The notes under the pieces: generated by a model | Database searches by the model: none | What the model was told of the DNA's origin: nothing | What the model saw: only the letters and a program-made list of their open reading frames with translations | Program-made: the position numbers and the translations under genes | Assembly: GCA_036407095.1 (NCBI GenBank) | Contig: DASWZV010000163.1 | Coordinates: 57,105 to 121,104 of the forward strand | Reading direction: 5' to 3' | From: Vicinamibacterales bacterium | GTDB lineage: Bacteria; Acidobacteriota; Vicinamibacteria; Vicinamibacterales; UBA2999 | Length of the DNA: 64,000 bases | Part shown: positions 63,039 to 64,000 of the stretch, piece by piece | Layout of the letters: every line of letters starts with the position of its first letter | How positions within the stretch are numbered: the stretch's first letter is position 1

Positions 63039-63710
63039 ATGCCTGCGTCGCCGGTGGTCATGGCCCGCACCCACACGCTGTCAGACGAGGAGATCGTCTC
63101 TCGGATCGTCGATGGCGACACGGCTCTGTTCGAGGTCCTGATGCGACGGCACAACGAGCGCGTCTATCGCGCGGCGCGCGCCATTGTCCGTGACGAGCGG
63201 GAGGCGGAGGACGTGATGCAGGAGGCGTACGTCAACGCCTACACGCATCTGGCTCAGTTCGATGGCCGCGCCCGGTTCTCGACCTGGTTGACGAAGATCG
63301 CCGTGCACGAAGCGCTTGCGCGCATCCGGCGGCAGCGGCGCTACGAACCCCTGGACGAGATGCCGCTGGAGACGCTCATGCCGCCCACCTCCCTCCCCGA
63401 CCCGGAACGCCAGGCCTTCGGCCAGGAACTGGGGGCACTCATCGAGTCGGCCGTGGACAATCTCGGCAACGGTTATCGTGAGGTGTTCATGCTGCGCCAG
63501 GTAGAAGGCATGAGCACGGCCGAAACCGCGGAGGTCCTCGGCATCAGCGAGGACGTGGTGAAGACGCGCTTCTCACGCGCGCGGCACGCGATTCAACGGG
63601 ATCTGCTCGATCGCACCGGTGCGGCCGCGTCGACGGCGTTCACCTTCGGCCAGGGCCGCTGCGATCGCGTTGTCGAAGCGGTCCTCGCTCGCATCGAACG
63701 CCGGGCTTAG
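63039..63710 (+). CDS. ECF-type RNA polymerase sigma-70 factor
   Basis: Region 2 is RVYRAARAIVRDEREAEDVMQEAYVNAY...FSTWLTKIAVHEA. Region 4 is EVFMLRQVEGMSTAETAEVLGISEDVVKTRFSRAR. No anti-sigma gene follows. Confidence 0.85.
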   Translation: MPASPVVMARTHTLSDEEIVSRIVDGDTALFEVLMRRHNERVYRAARAIVRDEREAEDVMQEAYVNAYTHLAQFDGRARFSTWLTKIAVHEALARIRRQRRYEPLDEMPLETLMPPTSLPDPERQAFGQELGALIESAVDNLGNGYREVFMLRQVEGMSTAETAEVLGISEDVVKTRFSRARHAIQRDLLDRTGAAASTAFTFGQGRCDRVVEAVLARIERRA

Positions 63711-63784
63711 AGAACCATCGAACGCCGGGCCTGAAAAACAGGCCCGGCGTACAGTGTAGGCCGGGCTTGTTCTCTAAGCCCGGC
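63701..63784. repeat. family 2 composite hairpins overlapping the sigma-factor stop codon
   Basis: GCCGGGCTTAGAGAAC (63702-63717, containing TAG 63708-63710) can pair with GTTCTCTAAGCCCGGC (63769-63784). The inner hairpin is at 63724-63748. A CAGTGTAGG box is present. Confidence 0.8.
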
Positions 63785-63786
63785 GT

Positions 63787-64000
63787 TCAGCGAACTGGTG
63801 GGGCTTTGCATGACCAGTTGGCGCCATCCTTCAGATCGCCGCTGCCCTTGTATTCCGCGGACTGCGGATACGGACACATCGGACGCGTCATCCCTTGAGC
63901 CCCGATGCCGGTCATCGTCTCCGGCGCAACGCCCTTCTCCACCCACTTCTCGAGTGTGCCGATCGAATCGAACGTGTTCACACCGGGGCCACCGCCGCAG
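63787..64000 (-). CDS. tannase/feruloyl-esterase-family protein, C-terminal fragment (5' end outside window)
   Basis: The frame is open to the window edge (…CGGGPGVNTFDS…). WVEKGVAPE and CPYPQSAEYKGSGD...WSC are typical C-terminal motifs. Confidence 0.7.
   Translation of the reverse strand, partial: CGGGPGVNTFDSIGTLEKWVEKGVAPETMTGIGAQGMTRPMCPYPQSAEYKGSGDLKDGANWSCKAPPVR

Overview
GC-rich bacterial chromosome segment, roughly two-thirds G+C by eye (not computed). It is most likely Acidobacteriota: it carries an ADOP-type duplicated FtsX permease, a CarboxypepD_reg-type TonB receptor and REP-like hairpins of the GTCCGGCTTCAGCCGGAC type. I support about 50 protein genes. They include a HisKA_3/NarL two-component pair with an orphan nuoB-like gene, otsA, a TonB-dependent receptor, a TPR-LuxR regulator, a GGDEF-EAL protein, htpG, and a membrane Ser/Thr kinase. 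Also present are a cytochrome c plus PQQ dehydrogenase pair, czcCBA, DinB-ADOP, a sulfatase-like membrane enzyme, a twice-frameshifted GH44 glycosidase, and soxR with a SoxR-box promoter driving an SDR/QueA-like operon. An ECF sigma factor and many secreted hypotheticals complete the list. I found no rRNA, tRNA, CRISPR array, transposase or integrase. The most interesting locus is 31028-38295. It is a tightly packed operon encoding a 2-hydroxyacyl-CoA-dehydratase/benzoyl-CoA-reductase-type module next to a radical SAM enzyme. The module has a PlsA/PlsR-like layout, with a fused double BcrAD/BadFG ATPase and two dehydratase-like halves. I propose, as inference only, that it is a candidate ether or membrane-spanning lipid system. 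The second notable feature is the non-coding DNA, where nearly every larger intergenic gap is filled by structured repeats from at least seven families. The most striking are a 460-bp pair of convergent 25-bp tandem arrays (60921-61383), four alternating ~140-bp copies (53561-54118), TIR-bounded MITE-like elements (22136-22338, 38389-38989), a 16-bp minisatellite and an AT-rich heptamer palindrome. All product calls rest on motif recognition by eye, and no database search was run.
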